Below are positions 42,986 to 53,493 of a DNA stretch of 64,000 nucleotides, one piece after another (the first letter of the stretch is position 1; every line of letters starts with the position of its first letter). Below the pieces are notes generated by a model that was not told the DNA's origin, ran no database searches, and saw only the letters and a program-made list of their open reading frames with translations. The stretch covers positions 640,001-704,000 of the forward strand of contig OY729428.2 in assembly GCA_963422375.2 (NCBI GenBank). Direction: 5' to 3'. The position numbers and the translations under genes were made by a program. This DNA is from Bryobacterales bacterium (GTDB lineage Bacteria > Acidobacteriota > Terriglobia > Bryobacterales > UBA6623).

Positions 42986-44437
42986 TCAGGCCAGCAGCGG
43001 CCGGACGACCCTGCCATGCACGTCGGTAAGACGGAAGCGACGGCCTTGGAACTTGTAAGTCAGCTTGGTGTGGTCCACGCCCAGCAGGTGGAGCATCGTC
43101 GCGTGCAGGTCATGCACGTCCACCGGATTCTCGGTGACGTTGTAGCTGAACTCGTCCGTGACGCCGTAGGTCTGCCCCCCGCGGATCCCCCCGCCGGCCA
43201 TCCACATCGAGAAGCAGCGGGGATGGTGGTCGCGCCCGTACTCGGAAGCGGTCAGCGTGCCTTGGCAATAGACGGTGCGCCCGAATTCCCCGCCCCAGAT
43301 CACCAGCGTCTCGTCCAGCAGGCCCCGCTGCTTGAGATCCGCAACCAAGGCGGCCGACGCCTGGTCGGTTGCCTGCGCCTGCCGCTTGATGCCGGCGACC
43401 AGCCCGCCGTGCTGGTCCCAGCCGCGATGATAGAGCTGGATGAAGCGCACGCCTCGCTCGGCCAGACGCCGGGCCAGCAGGCAGTTGTAGGCATACGATC
43501 CGGGACGCCGGGCGTCCTCGCCGTACAGGTCGAAGACCGACTGCGGCTCGCCGGAGAGGTCCGTCAGCTCTGGGACGGACCGCTGCATACGGAATGCCAT
43601 CTCGTACTGCGCGATGCGCGTGACGATTTCCGGGTCGCCGTACTCCTCGTACTGCATCCGGTTGAGACCGCCCAGGACGTCCAGAAAGCTCCTACGCTGC
43701 GACCGCGAGAAGCCCGCGGGATCCGAGAGATACAGGACGGGATCTCCCACGGAGCGGAACTTGACGCCCTGGTACCGCGTGGGCAGGAAGCCCGATCCCC
43801 AGAGCCGGTCGTAGAGCGGCTGGCCGCCGGTTCCCTGCGTGACCATGACGACGAAGCCGGGCAGGTCGCTAGACTCGCTGCCGAGGCCGTAGCTTAGCCA
43901 CGCCCCCACGCTCGGCCGACCCGCGATCTGCGCCCCGGTCTGCAGGAAGGTCACGGCCGGGTCGTGGTTGATGGCGTCCGTGTGCATCGAGCGCACGATG
44001 CAGAGTTCGTCAGCCACGTTCGCCGTGCGGGGCAGGATCTCGCTGAGCCAGGCGCCGGACTCCCCGTGCTGCCGGAATTCGTAGGCGGATTCGACCATCG
44101 GGAAGCTGGCCTGCGAGGCCGTCATGGTGGTCAGGCGCTGCCCCTTGCGCACGGACTCGGGCAGGTCCCGGCCGCGCAGCCGGGCGAGCCCGGGCTTGGG
44201 ATCGAGCGTCTCCAGCTGCGACGGCCCGCCCGACTGGAACAGCCAGATTACTCGCTGCGCCTTGGGCGGGAAGTGCGGCAGCCCGTCGAGTCCGCCGTTC
44301 GCGGCGTCCGGCCCCGCCGCCTGGCCGAGATCCCGGCCCAGCAGGTGGGCCAGAGCCACTGAGCCTAGGCCGGCCGCGGAGCGGCCGAAGAAATGGCGGC
44401 GGGTCTCGTCCTGCGGGCAGCGCGCGCGAGGTGTCAT
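42986..44437 (-). CDS. DUF1501 domain protein
   Basis: TRRHFF Tat motif, GGPSQ, ARRLAERGVRF, GEFGRT, RLTDVHG. Confidence 0.9.
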   Translation of the reverse strand: MTPRARCPQDETRRHFFGRSAAGLGSVALAHLLGRDLGQAAGPDAANGGLDGLPHFPPKAQRVIWLFQSGGPSQLETLDPKPGLARLRGRDLPESVRKGQRLTTMTASQASFPMVESAYEFRQHGESGAWLSEILPRTANVADELCIVRSMHTDAINHDPAVTFLQTGAQIAGRPSVGAWLSYGLGSESSDLPGFVVMVTQGTGGQPLYDRLWGSGFLPTRYQGVKFRSVGDPVLYLSDPAGFSRSQRRSFLDVLGGLNRMQYEEYGDPEIVTRIAQYEMAFRMQRSVPELTDLSGEPQSVFDLYGEDARRPGSYAYNCLLARRLAERGVRFIQLYHRGWDQHGGLVAGIKRQAQATDQASAALVADLKQRGLLDETLVIWGGEFGRTVYCQGTLTASEYGRDHHPRCFSMWMAGGGIRGGQTYGVTDEFSYNVTENPVDVHDLHATMLHLLGVDHTKLTYKFQGRRFRLTDVHGRVVRPLLA

Positions 44438-47400
44438 TGCTTCGTCACGGCCTCGTCCAGGTTGAGCACGAGGCTGGCGATGCCGGCATAGGCCGCCAGC
44501 TCACGCGGGTTGGCGGCGGCGTCCCGAGGCGACGCGCCCACGGCGAGGAGGGACTCGGCGGCGTCCAGGCTCGCCTCGTATTCCGTCCGGTACGAATCCA
44601 GGAGACGCGCGAGCACGCCGACCTCGTCCCGCGACGGAGGCCGCCCCAGAACCCGCAGGTAGACCGCCCGGATACGCTCGCTCGCGGAGCGCGGCCCGTC
44701 TCGCAGGACGCGGCCGGCCAGATGCCGCGCGGCCTCGACAAACGTGGTGTCGTTCATCAGGTTCAGCGCCTGCAGCGGTGTGTTGGTGCGCTTGACGTTG
44801 ACGGTGCAGACCTCGCGATCCGACGCGTCGAAGTTGACCATCGAGGGCGGTGCGACGGTGCGCTTCCAGTACGTGTAGAGGCTGCGCCGGTATAGATCCC
44901 GGCCCCTGCCGGTGTCGTAGGCGGTTCCCGAGAGCTCCTCCCAGAGGCCCGGAGGCTGGTACGGCCTCACCGACGGCCCCCCGAGCCGCTCGTGCAGGAG
45001 GCCGGAAGCGGCTAGGGCCTGGTCGCGGATGGCCGCCGCCGGCAAGCGGAAGCGCGGACCGCGAGCCAGCAGCCGATTCTCCGGGTCGCGCTCGAGGAGC
45101 GCGGGATCCACCTTGGACGACTGGCGGTAGGTCGCGCTCAGCATGATCGTCTTCAGCAGCTGCTTGACGTCCCACCCCGATTCGACGAACTCGACCGCCA
45201 GCCAGTCCAGCAGCGCCTGGTTGGACGGAGCCTCGCCCTGGGACCCGAAGTCGTCCACTGTCTTGACCAGGCCGACGCCGAACAGCATCTGCCAGAAGCG
45301 GTTTACAGTCACGCGGGCCGTCAGGGGGTTGGACGGGCTCGCGATCCAGCGCGCGAGCTGCAGCCGGTCGCTGGCGCCTGCCGCCCCCGGGCCGGCGACG
45401 GCCGCGGGCAGCCCCGCCTCGACCGGCTCTCCGTGGGCGTCGTAGCGGCCCCGCTCCAGCACGTACGCCTGGCGCTTGGGCCCCTCCTTCATCACCATCG
45501 CGGTCGGCAGGGAGTCCGCGAAGGCCTGCAGCCGGCGGCGCGCCTCGCGCGCCTCGCGCAGGGCGTCGCGGACGGCGGGCGAGGCGCCCGCCGCGAGGAA
45601 GGCCGCGCGCAGCTTGTCGCGCTGGGCCGCCGTGCGGGCCGCAGCCGGGAGGGCGGCCAGCTCCGCCAGCGTCTCGGGCACGGCCAGCGAGCGCGCCTCC
45701 GCGGGAGACAGGTCCCGGCTGTAAACGCGCACTTCGTCGATGCGGCCTCGGAAGCGATGATCCACACCGCCCCCGCCGCCGACCTTGAGGGTCGCGTCGC
45801 TCCGGCTGGGCCAGTCGAGGTTGTCGAACAGGACCTCCGTCTCCTGCTCCGCGCCGTCGATGTACAGGCGGATGCCCTTGGCCTTGCGCTTGCCGTCGTA
45901 GGCCACAAGGACGTGCTGCCACCGGCCGGGCTCGATGGCCCGCTTGGTCCTCAGCCGCACGCTGAGATCCGTCCAGCGCTGCGACATGTGCCACCAGAGC
46001 CGGCCGTCGCGGACGAACAGCCCCCAGCCGCTCCCGATGGGGTTCTCACCCATCGAGGCCACGATGGAGCTGTCCGCGTCGCTGTCCGGGTAGATCCACG
46101 CCGAAACGGATAGCGGGTCCGTGTAATTGAACACGCCGACCTTGCCAAGGTCGGCGTAGCGCGTGCCGTCGAACTCCCCCGCCGAGCCGACGCGCCCAGG
46201 CCCGTAGCGCGTTCCTGCCGGCTCTGTCTGGCTGGAGCCGTCGATGGAGCCGCCGGTCTTCGAGGCGACCTGCATGCGCCCGTCGAAAGGCACCCGCGCC
46301 GCGAGACCGCGAGCCGGCGCCCAGTCCGTGCCGGCCGCGGCGCCCAGCGCAGCCTCCCACGCCGCCCGCTCCCTGCGGACGCGGCCCGCTAGGGCGCTCC
46401 AGCGCCTCTCGGCTGCCTCCAGCTCCCGCTCGAGCCGACCGAGCTGGTGCTCTTGCTCCGGCAGCGGAGCGCGGATCAGGGGATCCTCGTTGCCGAAGTT
46501 CCAGACCATCCCCTTCTCCTCGACGTTGTTGAAATAGGCGAAAAAGCGGTAGTAGTCGGCCTGGGACAGCGGATCGAACTTGTGGTCGTGGCAGCGGGCG
46601 CAAGCCAGCGTCAGGCCCAGCCAGACGGTCGCCGTCGTTTCGGCCCGGTCGGCCACGTACTCGACCCGGAACTCCTCGTTCACCGAGCCGCCCTCCGCCG
46701 TGGTGCGGTGGTTGCGGTTGAATCCGGTCGCCAGCACCTGCTCGCGCGTCGAGCCCGGCAGCATGTCGCCGGCCAGCTGCTCGATGGTGAAGCGGTCGAA
46801 TCCAAGATTGGAGTTGAACGCGTCGATCACCCAGTCGCGCCAGCGCCACATCGAGCGCGTGCCGTCGGTTTGGTAGCCGTTCGTGTCCGCGTAGCGCGCC
46901 GCGTCGAGCCAGAGCCCGGCGAGGTGCTCGCCGTAGCGCGGCGAAGCGAGCAGCCGGTCAAGGAACCGCTCGTAGGCGGCCGACGACGCGTCGGACACGA
47001 AGGCCTCGGACGCCTCGGGAGAGGCGGGAAGCCCGGTCAGGTCCAAGGCGGCCCGGCGCGCCAGCTCCCGCCGCGGCGCGGTCGGCGCGAGTCGCAGGCC
47101 CTCGGTCTCGAGGCGGGCGAGCACGAGAGAGTCGATCGCGCCGGTGACCCGCTCCGCGCGGCGGACGCGGGGCGGAGGCGCGCTGGAGGGAGGGCTGAAG
47201 GCCCAGTGCCCCTCCCACTCGGCCCCCTGCTCGATCCAGCGGCGCAGGACGTCGATCTCGCGCTGGCCGAGCGGGTCGTGGCCCATGTAGGCGGGAGGCA
47301 TCCGCAGCGCCGGGTCGCTGCTGGCCACGCGCTGCACGAGAGCGCTCTCGGCAGGCCGACCCGGCACGACGGCGCGCCGGCCGCCGGCCAACGGGGCCGC

Positions 47401-47580
47401 CGCCGGCGGCGGCCGGTCCAGGCGCAGTCCCGCCTGGCGCTGTCCGGCGTCGGGCCCGTGGCAGGCGTAACAGCGGTCGGAGAGGATCGGCCGGACGTCG
47501 TCGTTGTAGTCGACCCGCTCGGGCAGAGCAGGCGCGGCCGCCGCGAGCCAGCAGAGCACGGGCGCGAACGCTCGCAACAC
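44434..47580 (-). CDS. Planctomycete cytochrome c / DUF1549 / LamG / DUF1553 protein
   Basis: CYACHG and CARCHDHK heme motifs, WLDAARYADT, LamG (WQHV...GRIDEVRVY), NPLTARV, TNTPLQAL; GTG start 6 nt after TACAAT. Confidence 0.9.
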   Translation of the reverse strand: MLRAFAPVLCWLAAAAPALPERVDYNDDVRPILSDRCYACHGPDAGQRQAGLRLDRPPPAAAPLAGGRRAVVPGRPAESALVQRVASSDPALRMPPAYMGHDPLGQREIDVLRRWIEQGAEWEGHWAFSPPSSAPPPRVRRAERVTGAIDSLVLARLETEGLRLAPTAPRRELARRAALDLTGLPASPEASEAFVSDASSAAYERFLDRLLASPRYGEHLAGLWLDAARYADTNGYQTDGTRSMWRWRDWVIDAFNSNLGFDRFTIEQLAGDMLPGSTREQVLATGFNRNHRTTAEGGSVNEEFRVEYVADRAETTATVWLGLTLACARCHDHKFDPLSQADYYRFFAYFNNVEEKGMVWNFGNEDPLIRAPLPEQEHQLGRLERELEAAERRWSALAGRVRRERAAWEAALGAAAGTDWAPARGLAARVPFDGRMQVASKTGGSIDGSSQTEPAGTRYGPGRVGSAGEFDGTRYADLGKVGVFNYTDPLSVSAWIYPDSDADSSIVASMGENPIGSGWGLFVRDGRLWWHMSQRWTDLSVRLRTKRAIEPGRWQHVLVAYDGKRKAKGIRLYIDGAEQETEVLFDNLDWPSRSDATLKVGGGGGVDHRFRGRIDEVRVYSRDLSPAEARSLAVPETLAELAALPAAARTAAQRDKLRAAFLAAGASPAVRDALREAREARRRLQAFADSLPTAMVMKEGPKRQAYVLERGRYDAHGEPVEAGLPAAVAGPGAAGASDRLQLARWIASPSNPLTARVTVNRFWQMLFGVGLVKTVDDFGSQGEAPSNQALLDWLAVEFVESGWDVKQLLKTIMLSATYRQSSKVDPALLERDPENRLLARGPRFRLPAAAIRDQALAASGLLHERLGGPSVRPYQPPGLWEELSGTAYDTGRGRDLYRRSLYTYWKRTVAPPSMVNFDASDREVCTVNVKRTNTPLQALNLMNDTTFVEAARHLAGRVLRDGPRSASERIRAVYLRVLGRPPSRDEVGVLARLLDSYRTEYEASLDAAESLLAVGASPRDAAANPRELAAYAGIASLVLNLDEAVTKQ

Positions 47581-47785
47581 GCAAGCATTGTAGCAGGGAG
47601 GCTGGCGGAGCTGGGTCCGGGCCGCGGCGAGCGGGTTATACTCTGTAATCGGAAATCTATGCGGCTCGCGACGGTTCACGAAGCGGCGACGCAGCCGAAA
47701 CAACCTCGGTCTGGCGGAGGCACGGACGCGTGCGGTGCCGGCCCGGAGGCTTGGGGGGATCTTCCCTGACAGGGCAAGCGAGGAT

Positions 47786-48703
47786 ATGAATAGGCACCAG
47801 TCCAAGCCGCGGTGGAGCGTGAGGCGCCGGTTCGAGTTCATCGAGTTCCGCCTTTACTGGGAGGGCAAGATCAACCGAGGCCACTTGAAGAACACTTTCG
47901 GGATTTCGGTGAACCAAGCCTCCACCGACCTGAACAATTACCTCCGCTTGGCGCCGGAGAACATGGTCTACGACAAGAGCGCCCGGGCCTACGTGCGCTG
48001 CCCGATGTTCACGCCGCTATTGCTGAAGCTGGACGCCGACCGCTACCTGATCCACCTGCGAGACGTCACTTCCGGCATCATCAGCGCCGAGGATTCGTGG
48101 CTCAACCACTACCCGGACTACGACGGGCCGAAGGCCCCGACGCGGCTCGTCAACCCGCACACGCTCCAGGTCGTGCTCGAGGCCCTGCGCGCCGGGAACG
48201 CGCTCAATGTGCGCTACCAGTCGCTCGAGAACCCCGCACCCTGCTGGCAGTGGATCGCCCCGCACGCACTCGCCTCCGACGGCCTCCGCTGGCATGCCAG
48301 AGCTTTTTGCCTGCGGAACCTCAGGTTCCGGGACTTCCTGCTAGCCCGCATCATCGAGACCGGAAGCATGCGGGCGAGCGAGCGAAGCCCCGAGCAGGAC
48401 AGCGAGTGGCAGCAATACATCGATCTGGAAATCGGGCCGCATCCGGCCCTGTCGGACTCGCAGCGCCGGGTGATCGCCCTGGACTACGGGATGGAGGACG
48501 AGCGAGTCTCGCTGCGCGTCCGCAAGGCCTTGGCCGTCTGCACTCTGCGCCGCCTCGGCCTGGAGGACGCCCTGTTGCGGAACAGGTCCGACCAGGACAT
48601 CGTGCTGCTGAACACAGAAGAGGTGCGGCGGAGCCTAGAGGAGCAGGTCGAGCCGGGAGGCCAGCTCGGACTGGAGGAGCAGGTCGAAACCGAGGGCGCC
48701 TGA
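47786..48703 (+). CDS. WYL-domain transcriptional regulator, CapW/BrxR-like
   Basis: wHTH RFEFIEFRLYWEGKINR...FGIS..QAS.D, WYL YQSL...WIAPHAL..DGLRWHARAFC...FRDF.L.RI, C-terminal LDYGM. Confidence 0.87.
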   Translation: MNRHQSKPRWSVRRRFEFIEFRLYWEGKINRGHLKNTFGISVNQASTDLNNYLRLAPENMVYDKSARAYVRCPMFTPLLLKLDADRYLIHLRDVTSGIISAEDSWLNHYPDYDGPKAPTRLVNPHTLQVVLEALRAGNALNVRYQSLENPAPCWQWIAPHALASDGLRWHARAFCLRNLRFRDFLLARIIETGSMRASERSPEQDSEWQQYIDLEIGPHPALSDSQRRVIALDYGMEDERVSLRVRKALAVCTLRRLGLEDALLRNRSDQDIVLLNTEEVRRSLEEQVEPGGQLGLEEQVETEGA

Positions 48704-48857
48704 TCTGAGCCCAGGCAGCGTTCCGCACGGGGAGGCATCGACTTCGGCCCGTCTCTGCCCGGAAACCGGGTGCTTCCCGCCGCCCGGCCGCCGCGGCGAC
48801 CGTATAATGCTATGGGGTGTGCCGTGAGCACCGGCCGCCCCCAGAGATCGTAGCCCC

Positions 48858-50258
48858 ATGCCTCCTCAAGCGCCTCTGCCGGTTCCACCGGAGGACCCGC
48901 AGCCCGTAGTCCGCCCCGTCCCGCCGCCGCCCCGCCGAAGGCTGCCGGAGCGGCCGGGTGTCGGACTGACCGCCGCCCTGTGCGTCGTTGGGGTCGCGGC
49001 CACGGCGCTGCTGGTATGGGCCGCTTCGGGGCGGTCACCGGTCAACCAAGGGGCGCGGGAATCGGCCCAAATCCGCAGCGCGGTCGCCAGCGTCGGCGAG
49101 CTCGTGAAGTCGCTGCGGGTGGGCGGTACCGTCGCCACGCTTGACTACGCCTCTATCCGCGCGCCTCGGATGCGGGGCCCTCGCGATTCCGGCCGGGCCG
49201 ACCTGACTCTGGCGAAGCTGGCGGAGCCGGGCACGGTCGTGCCGGTGGGAACTGTCGTCGCCGAATTCGAGCTGAGGTGGCTGGAGGACCACATCGCGGA
49301 CCGCGAGTCGGTGGCGAACGCGGTCAGGTCGAACCTGCGCAAACGCGAGGCAGACATTCTGATCCTGAAGGAAACCGAGCGGCAGGGACGGGTCGCGGCC
49401 AAGGCGGAGTACGGCAAGGCGCTGCTTGACGTGCGAACCGCGGAAGTGCGATCGGAGATCGAAGCGGAGGTCTTGCGCAACGTCTCGGAGGAGGCGCGCG
49501 CGACTTGGCAGCAGCTCGAGACGGAAGGGCAGCTCATGGAGCGCGTGCACGCGGCCGACCTGCGAGCGAAGGAGCTGGAAGTCCGGAAGGAGGAGCTCCA
49601 TACCGAGCGCCATGAGCGCGACTACGAGCGGCTGCGGATCAAAGCGCCGATCGGCGGGATGATCGTCCTCGAGACCATGTTCAACCGGAGCGGCCAGTTC
49701 GCCCAGACCAAGCCGGGCGACCAGGTGTACCCCGGCGCCCTGATCATGCGCGTGGTGGACGTCTCCAGGATGGTGGTCGATGCGGCCGTCAACCAAGTCG
49801 ACGCGCAGGCGATCCGCATCGGCGACCGCGCGGTGGTGGAACTGGATGCGTATCCCGGCGTGCGTTTCCAGGGGCGTGTTGAGGCCATGGGAGCGCTGGC
49901 GAGCTCCGGCGGGGAGGGACGGTTCAGCCGCGGCGGCGGCGGCAAGTTCATCAAGCACATCCAAGTGCGCATCCTGATCGAGGAACAGGACGAGCGCATA
50001 TTGCCGGATCTGTCCGCCAGCGTAGACGTGCTCGCCTCCAGGCCGTCTAGGGGAGTGATCGTGCCCAGGGAAGCGGTCCGGGAGGAGGACGGCAGGGGCG
50101 GGGCCATCGTGCATGTCATCGAGGGCGAGTCGCTGCGTCGGCGGAGGGTCTCCGTTGGCGATGCCAGCAACACCCACGCACTGGTCGCGACGGGCCTGCG
50201 CGACGGCGAGGAGATCCTGCTCGGCACCCCGCCCGCGGACATGGCGATCGTCGGCTAG
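48858..50258 (+). CDS. Efflux RND/MacA-type periplasmic adaptor subunit
   Basis: N-terminal TM, lipoyl/hairpin pattern, IKAPIGG, LDAYPG, GLRDGE; TATAAT at 48803. Confidence 0.85.
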   Translation: MPPQAPLPVPPEDPQPVVRPVPPPPRRRLPERPGVGLTAALCVVGVAATALLVWAASGRSPVNQGARESAQIRSAVASVGELVKSLRVGGTVATLDYASIRAPRMRGPRDSGRADLTLAKLAEPGTVVPVGTVVAEFELRWLEDHIADRESVANAVRSNLRKREADILILKETERQGRVAAKAEYGKALLDVRTAEVRSEIEAEVLRNVSEEARATWQQLETEGQLMERVHAADLRAKELEVRKEELHTERHERDYERLRIKAPIGGMIVLETMFNRSGQFAQTKPGDQVYPGALIMRVVDVSRMVVDAAVNQVDAQAIRIGDRAVVELDAYPGVRFQGRVEAMGALASSGGEGRFSRGGGGKFIKHIQVRILIEEQDERILPDLSASVDVLASRPSRGVIVPREAVREEDGRGGAIVHVIEGESLRRRRVSVGDASNTHALVATGLRDGEEILLGTPPADMAIVG

Positions 50259-50609
50259 CGCCGGGGTCCGAGCCTCGGGTCCCGCTGGAAGGCGCAACCT
50301 GCCTCCGCCTCGAGCCATTCGCTTCGCCACATCACGGGAGGGCCCTGAGCCTGCGGGCCCGCAACTTCCGGACCGCTCGACGGTCGAAAGGACGGCGAGA
50401 GCACCTCCTGACGACTCCCACGAGGGGCGCTGACGACGACCGGGACGGCCGCAAGCCCCTTGCTATACTGAGGCTCGAGGGGGATTCGCGCACGGCTCGG
50501 ACCTGTTCGCGGCAGGCTGCTGGCACGCGGTGCCTATTGGGCGGGGTCGCGAACCACCAAGGTTTTGAGGTCCGGCGGCTTGCGAGGCCCGCGGCCCGCA
50601 TCACCCTGA

Positions 50610-50683
50610 TGGCCGGTCGTCTAACGGTAGGACGCGGGCCTTTGGAGCCCGTTATGGAGGTTCGAATCCTCCCCGGCCAGCCA
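50610..50683 (+). tRNA. tRNA-Gln(TTG)
   Basis: TGGCCGGTCGTCTAACGGTAGGACGCGGGCCTTTGGAGCCCG...GGTTCGAATCC...CCGGCCAGCCA. Confidence 0.96.
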
Positions 50684-50709
50684 CTTCCCCCGGTCGCGGC
50701 ACGAAGTCG

Positions 50710-51339
50710 ATGCTGAGAGTCGGCCTGACCGGCGGCCTCGCCAGTGGCAAGAGCTTTGTCGGGAGGGAGCTAGGGCGCCTGGGGTGCGCCGTCCTGCAGG
50801 CCGACCGGCTCGGGCATCGCGTCTTGGCGGATGACCCCGCGGCCGTGAGCGAAGTCGCCAAAGCCTTGGGCCCGAGCGTGCTGGATTCGAGCGGCGCGGT
50901 GAATCGCAGAGCCTTGGCGTCCGCCGTCTTCTCCGACGCGAGCAAGCTGGAGCTCCTCAACGCCATCGTCCACCCGCGGGTCTTCGAGCGCATGGAGCGC
51001 TTCTTCCGGGAAGCCGAGGCCCGGGAGCCGCAGGGCGTGGCGGTAGTGGAGGCAGCCATCATGATCGAGACCGGAAGCTACAGGCGCTACCAGCGGCTCG
51101 TCCTGACCGCCTGCCCCGAGAGCATGCAAGCCGCCCGCTACGTCGAGCGCGCCGGCGCGAGCGCGGAGGACGCCCGGAAGCGCATCGCCCGCCAGATGCC
51201 GCTGGCGGACAAGAGGCGCTACGCCCACTTCGTGATCGACACGTCGGGCACGGAGGACGAGACGCTGCGCCAGGCGCGCGAGGTCTACCGCCAGCTCGCG
51301 ACGGAGGCGGCGCGGGGCGGAGCGGTCTCCGGAGCTTGA
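50710..51339 (+). CDS. coaE: Dephospho-CoA kinase
   Basis: VGLTGGLASGKS, LNAIVHP, RIARQMP. Confidence 0.95.
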   Translation: MLRVGLTGGLASGKSFVGRELGRLGCAVLQADRLGHRVLADDPAAVSEVAKALGPSVLDSSGAVNRRALASAVFSDASKLELLNAIVHPRVFERMERFFREAEAREPQGVAVVEAAIMIETGSYRRYQRLVLTACPESMQAARYVERAGASAEDARKRIARQMPLADKRRYAHFVIDTSGTEDETLRQAREVYRQLATEAARGGAVSGA

Positions 51340-51344
51340 AGGCC

Positions 51345-52499
51345 ATGCCCGGATCGAATCGCACCGTTCCTCGCGGAGTCACCGCCGCCCTCGCCGTCCT
51401 GCTGGGCCTGCTGTGCTGGTCCTTCTGGCCTGAGCATCTGGGCCGGGTTGCCCCTGTCGTCTTCGACGAGCCGTTCTGGACCGAGGCGGACTCGGCGCTG
51501 ACGACGGACGAGCTTTCGAACATCGACATCTACAGCCGGGCCAGCCCCGCCACGGTGCATATCACCAGTACGGTGCTGCACAGGAACTGGTTTCTCGAGA
51601 TCCTGCCCAGCGAGTCCACCGGATCAGGCTTCCTGATCGACCGGGACGGACACATTCTCACGAACGCGCACGTGATCCAGGGCAGCGCGGAACTGGAGGT
51701 GACGCTGCTGGGCGAGGAGGACAGCGGAAACCGCTACAGCGCTGAGGTCCTAGCGGCCGACGCAGCCAACGACCTGGCCCTCCTGCGCATCCGCCCTTCC
51801 GCTCCGACGCCGTTCTTGGCGCTAGGCGACTCCGACGCGGTGCAGGTCGGCCAGAAAGTGCTGGCTATCGGGAATCCGTTCGGCCTGAACGGGACGCTGA
51901 CGACCGGGGTCGTCAGTTCGACGGGGCGGTCGATCCAAGGCCGACGCGGTATTCTCCGGGACTTGATCCAGACCGATGCCGCGATCAACCCCGGCAACAG
52001 CGGCGGCCCCCTGCTGGACTCGAGCGGACATGCGATCGGCGTAAACACCGCGATCTACGGCCCGAACGGGAATATCGGCATCGGCTTCGCGATGCCCATC
52101 GGCCGCGCCAAGGCGCTGCTGCGCTTCGTCAAGGGCGGCGCGCGGCCGGCTCGCGACATCGGCGTTGTCGGCCTCTTCCTGTCGCGACGTTGGGCGCGCG
52201 CGCTGCAGCTCCCGACCGTCGGCTACCTCGTGACGGAGGTCGAGGACGGTTCCGCCGCCGAAGCCGCGGACCTGCGCGGGGCGCGACGGGAGCTGATCCT
52301 CGGCAACTACCGGATCCCGTGGGGCGGCGACGTGATCATCGCCGTCGACGACACCGCGGTCACGGACAGGACCGCGATGCGCGAGGCCCTGGCCCTCAAG
52401 CTCGCCGGGGACACGGTGACGCTGAAGATCATTCGCGACGGCAGCGAAATCGACGTCCAAGTCACTCTGCAAGGCCAGGGCCTCGGCGTACGCCTTTAG
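51345..52499 (+). CDS. HtrA/DegP-like trypsin serine protease with PDZ domain
   Basis: TGSGF, LTNAHV, DLAL, IQTDAAINPGNSGGPL, C-terminal PDZ (GDVI). Confidence 0.93.
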   Translation: MPGSNRTVPRGVTAALAVLLGLLCWSFWPEHLGRVAPVVFDEPFWTEADSALTTDELSNIDIYSRASPATVHITSTVLHRNWFLEILPSESTGSGFLIDRDGHILTNAHVIQGSAELEVTLLGEEDSGNRYSAEVLAADAANDLALLRIRPSAPTPFLALGDSDAVQVGQKVLAIGNPFGLNGTLTTGVVSSTGRSIQGRRGILRDLIQTDAAINPGNSGGPLLDSSGHAIGVNTAIYGPNGNIGIGFAMPIGRAKALLRFVKGGARPARDIGVVGLFLSRRWARALQLPTVGYLVTEVEDGSAAEAADLRGARRELILGNYRIPWGGDVIIAVDDTAVTDRTAMREALALKLAGDTVTLKIIRDGSEIDVQVTLQGQGLGVRL

Positions 52500-53451
52500 G
52501 CCGCCGGACTCACGCGGGTCCATCCCCTGCCCGCACGGCCGAAGCGGAGACTCGCGGGGTGCAGGACTTCGGCGAGGATCTCGAGCGATTCGGCCAAGCG
52601 CGGGCCGGTCCGGTTGAAGAACTGGTTGCCGTCGGCAGCGAACACCCGGCCCGAGCGGACGGCACTCAAGCACGACCACCCGGCTCGCGCCTGCAGGATA
52701 GGAACGTCCTGCAGAGTCCGGTCGATACCGAAGCCGCACGGAGCGAGTACGATCACGTCGGGATCGGCGGTCACGAGGTTCTCGAATCGCAGCCTCGGGA
52801 ATGCTTGCCGGCCGCGCCGAAGAGGCAGCGCCCGCCGGCCATGTCGATCAGCTCGGGCATCCAGTTCCCGCCCGCCATCAGCGGGTCGACCCACTCGACA
52901 AACGCCACGGTCGGCTTGCCGGAGGCTTCCTCCGCCGCCTCGGCAACCGCTGCCATGCGGGCCTTCAGGGACGCGACCAATTCGGCACCCTCGCGCGGCA
53001 CCCCGAGCGCGGAGGCGACGCGTCGCATGTCCTCCCACACGTCCGCCAGCCGGAGGGGCCGCAGAGAGACGATCTCGGTGTCGCACTGGGAAATGCGGGC
53101 GACGGCAGCCCCGACGTCCCTCTCGCTGACCGCGCAGACATCGCACTGCGACTGCGTGACGATGTGCGTAGGGCGGACCTTCCGCAGCACGTCGGGAAGG
53201 ATCGCGTAGACCCCTAGCGCTTCCAGCGCGCGAGCTTCGCGAGCCAGCTCCCCGACATGGCGGTCAATCGCCCTGCTCGACGCGCTCACATCGAATCGCG
53301 GGACCGTGGCTCGAGGCAGTGACCGCACGTCCGCCGGGAAGTCGCACTCATGGGAGCGGCCGACCATTCGGTCTCGCAAGCCGAGCGCGCAGACGATCTC
53401 CGTCGCGCTAGCGATCAAGGAGAGAATGCGGACGGACGTTCTGTCGGTCAA
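52496..53451 (-). CDS. Cobalamin/siderophore-type ABC substrate-binding protein (BtuF-like), single frameshift near 52798
   Basis: RILSLIASATEIV, GRSHECDFP, QSQCDVCAV, EWVDP; continues in another frame as DPDVIVLAPCGF, DGNQFFNR.GPRL. Confidence 0.85.
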
Positions 53452-53493
53452 TTTGCTAGGCTGACCTATGCTGACAGGGCACTTGGCAGCGCC

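Noticed and set aside
47581..47841. Long N-terminal extensions in the ORF track (DUF1553 to 47841, tonB to 3786, apbE from 10003, racemase to 32174)
   Set aside because: They overlap neighbouring genes, promoters or intergenic DNA; better starts with an RBS or -10 element lie downstream
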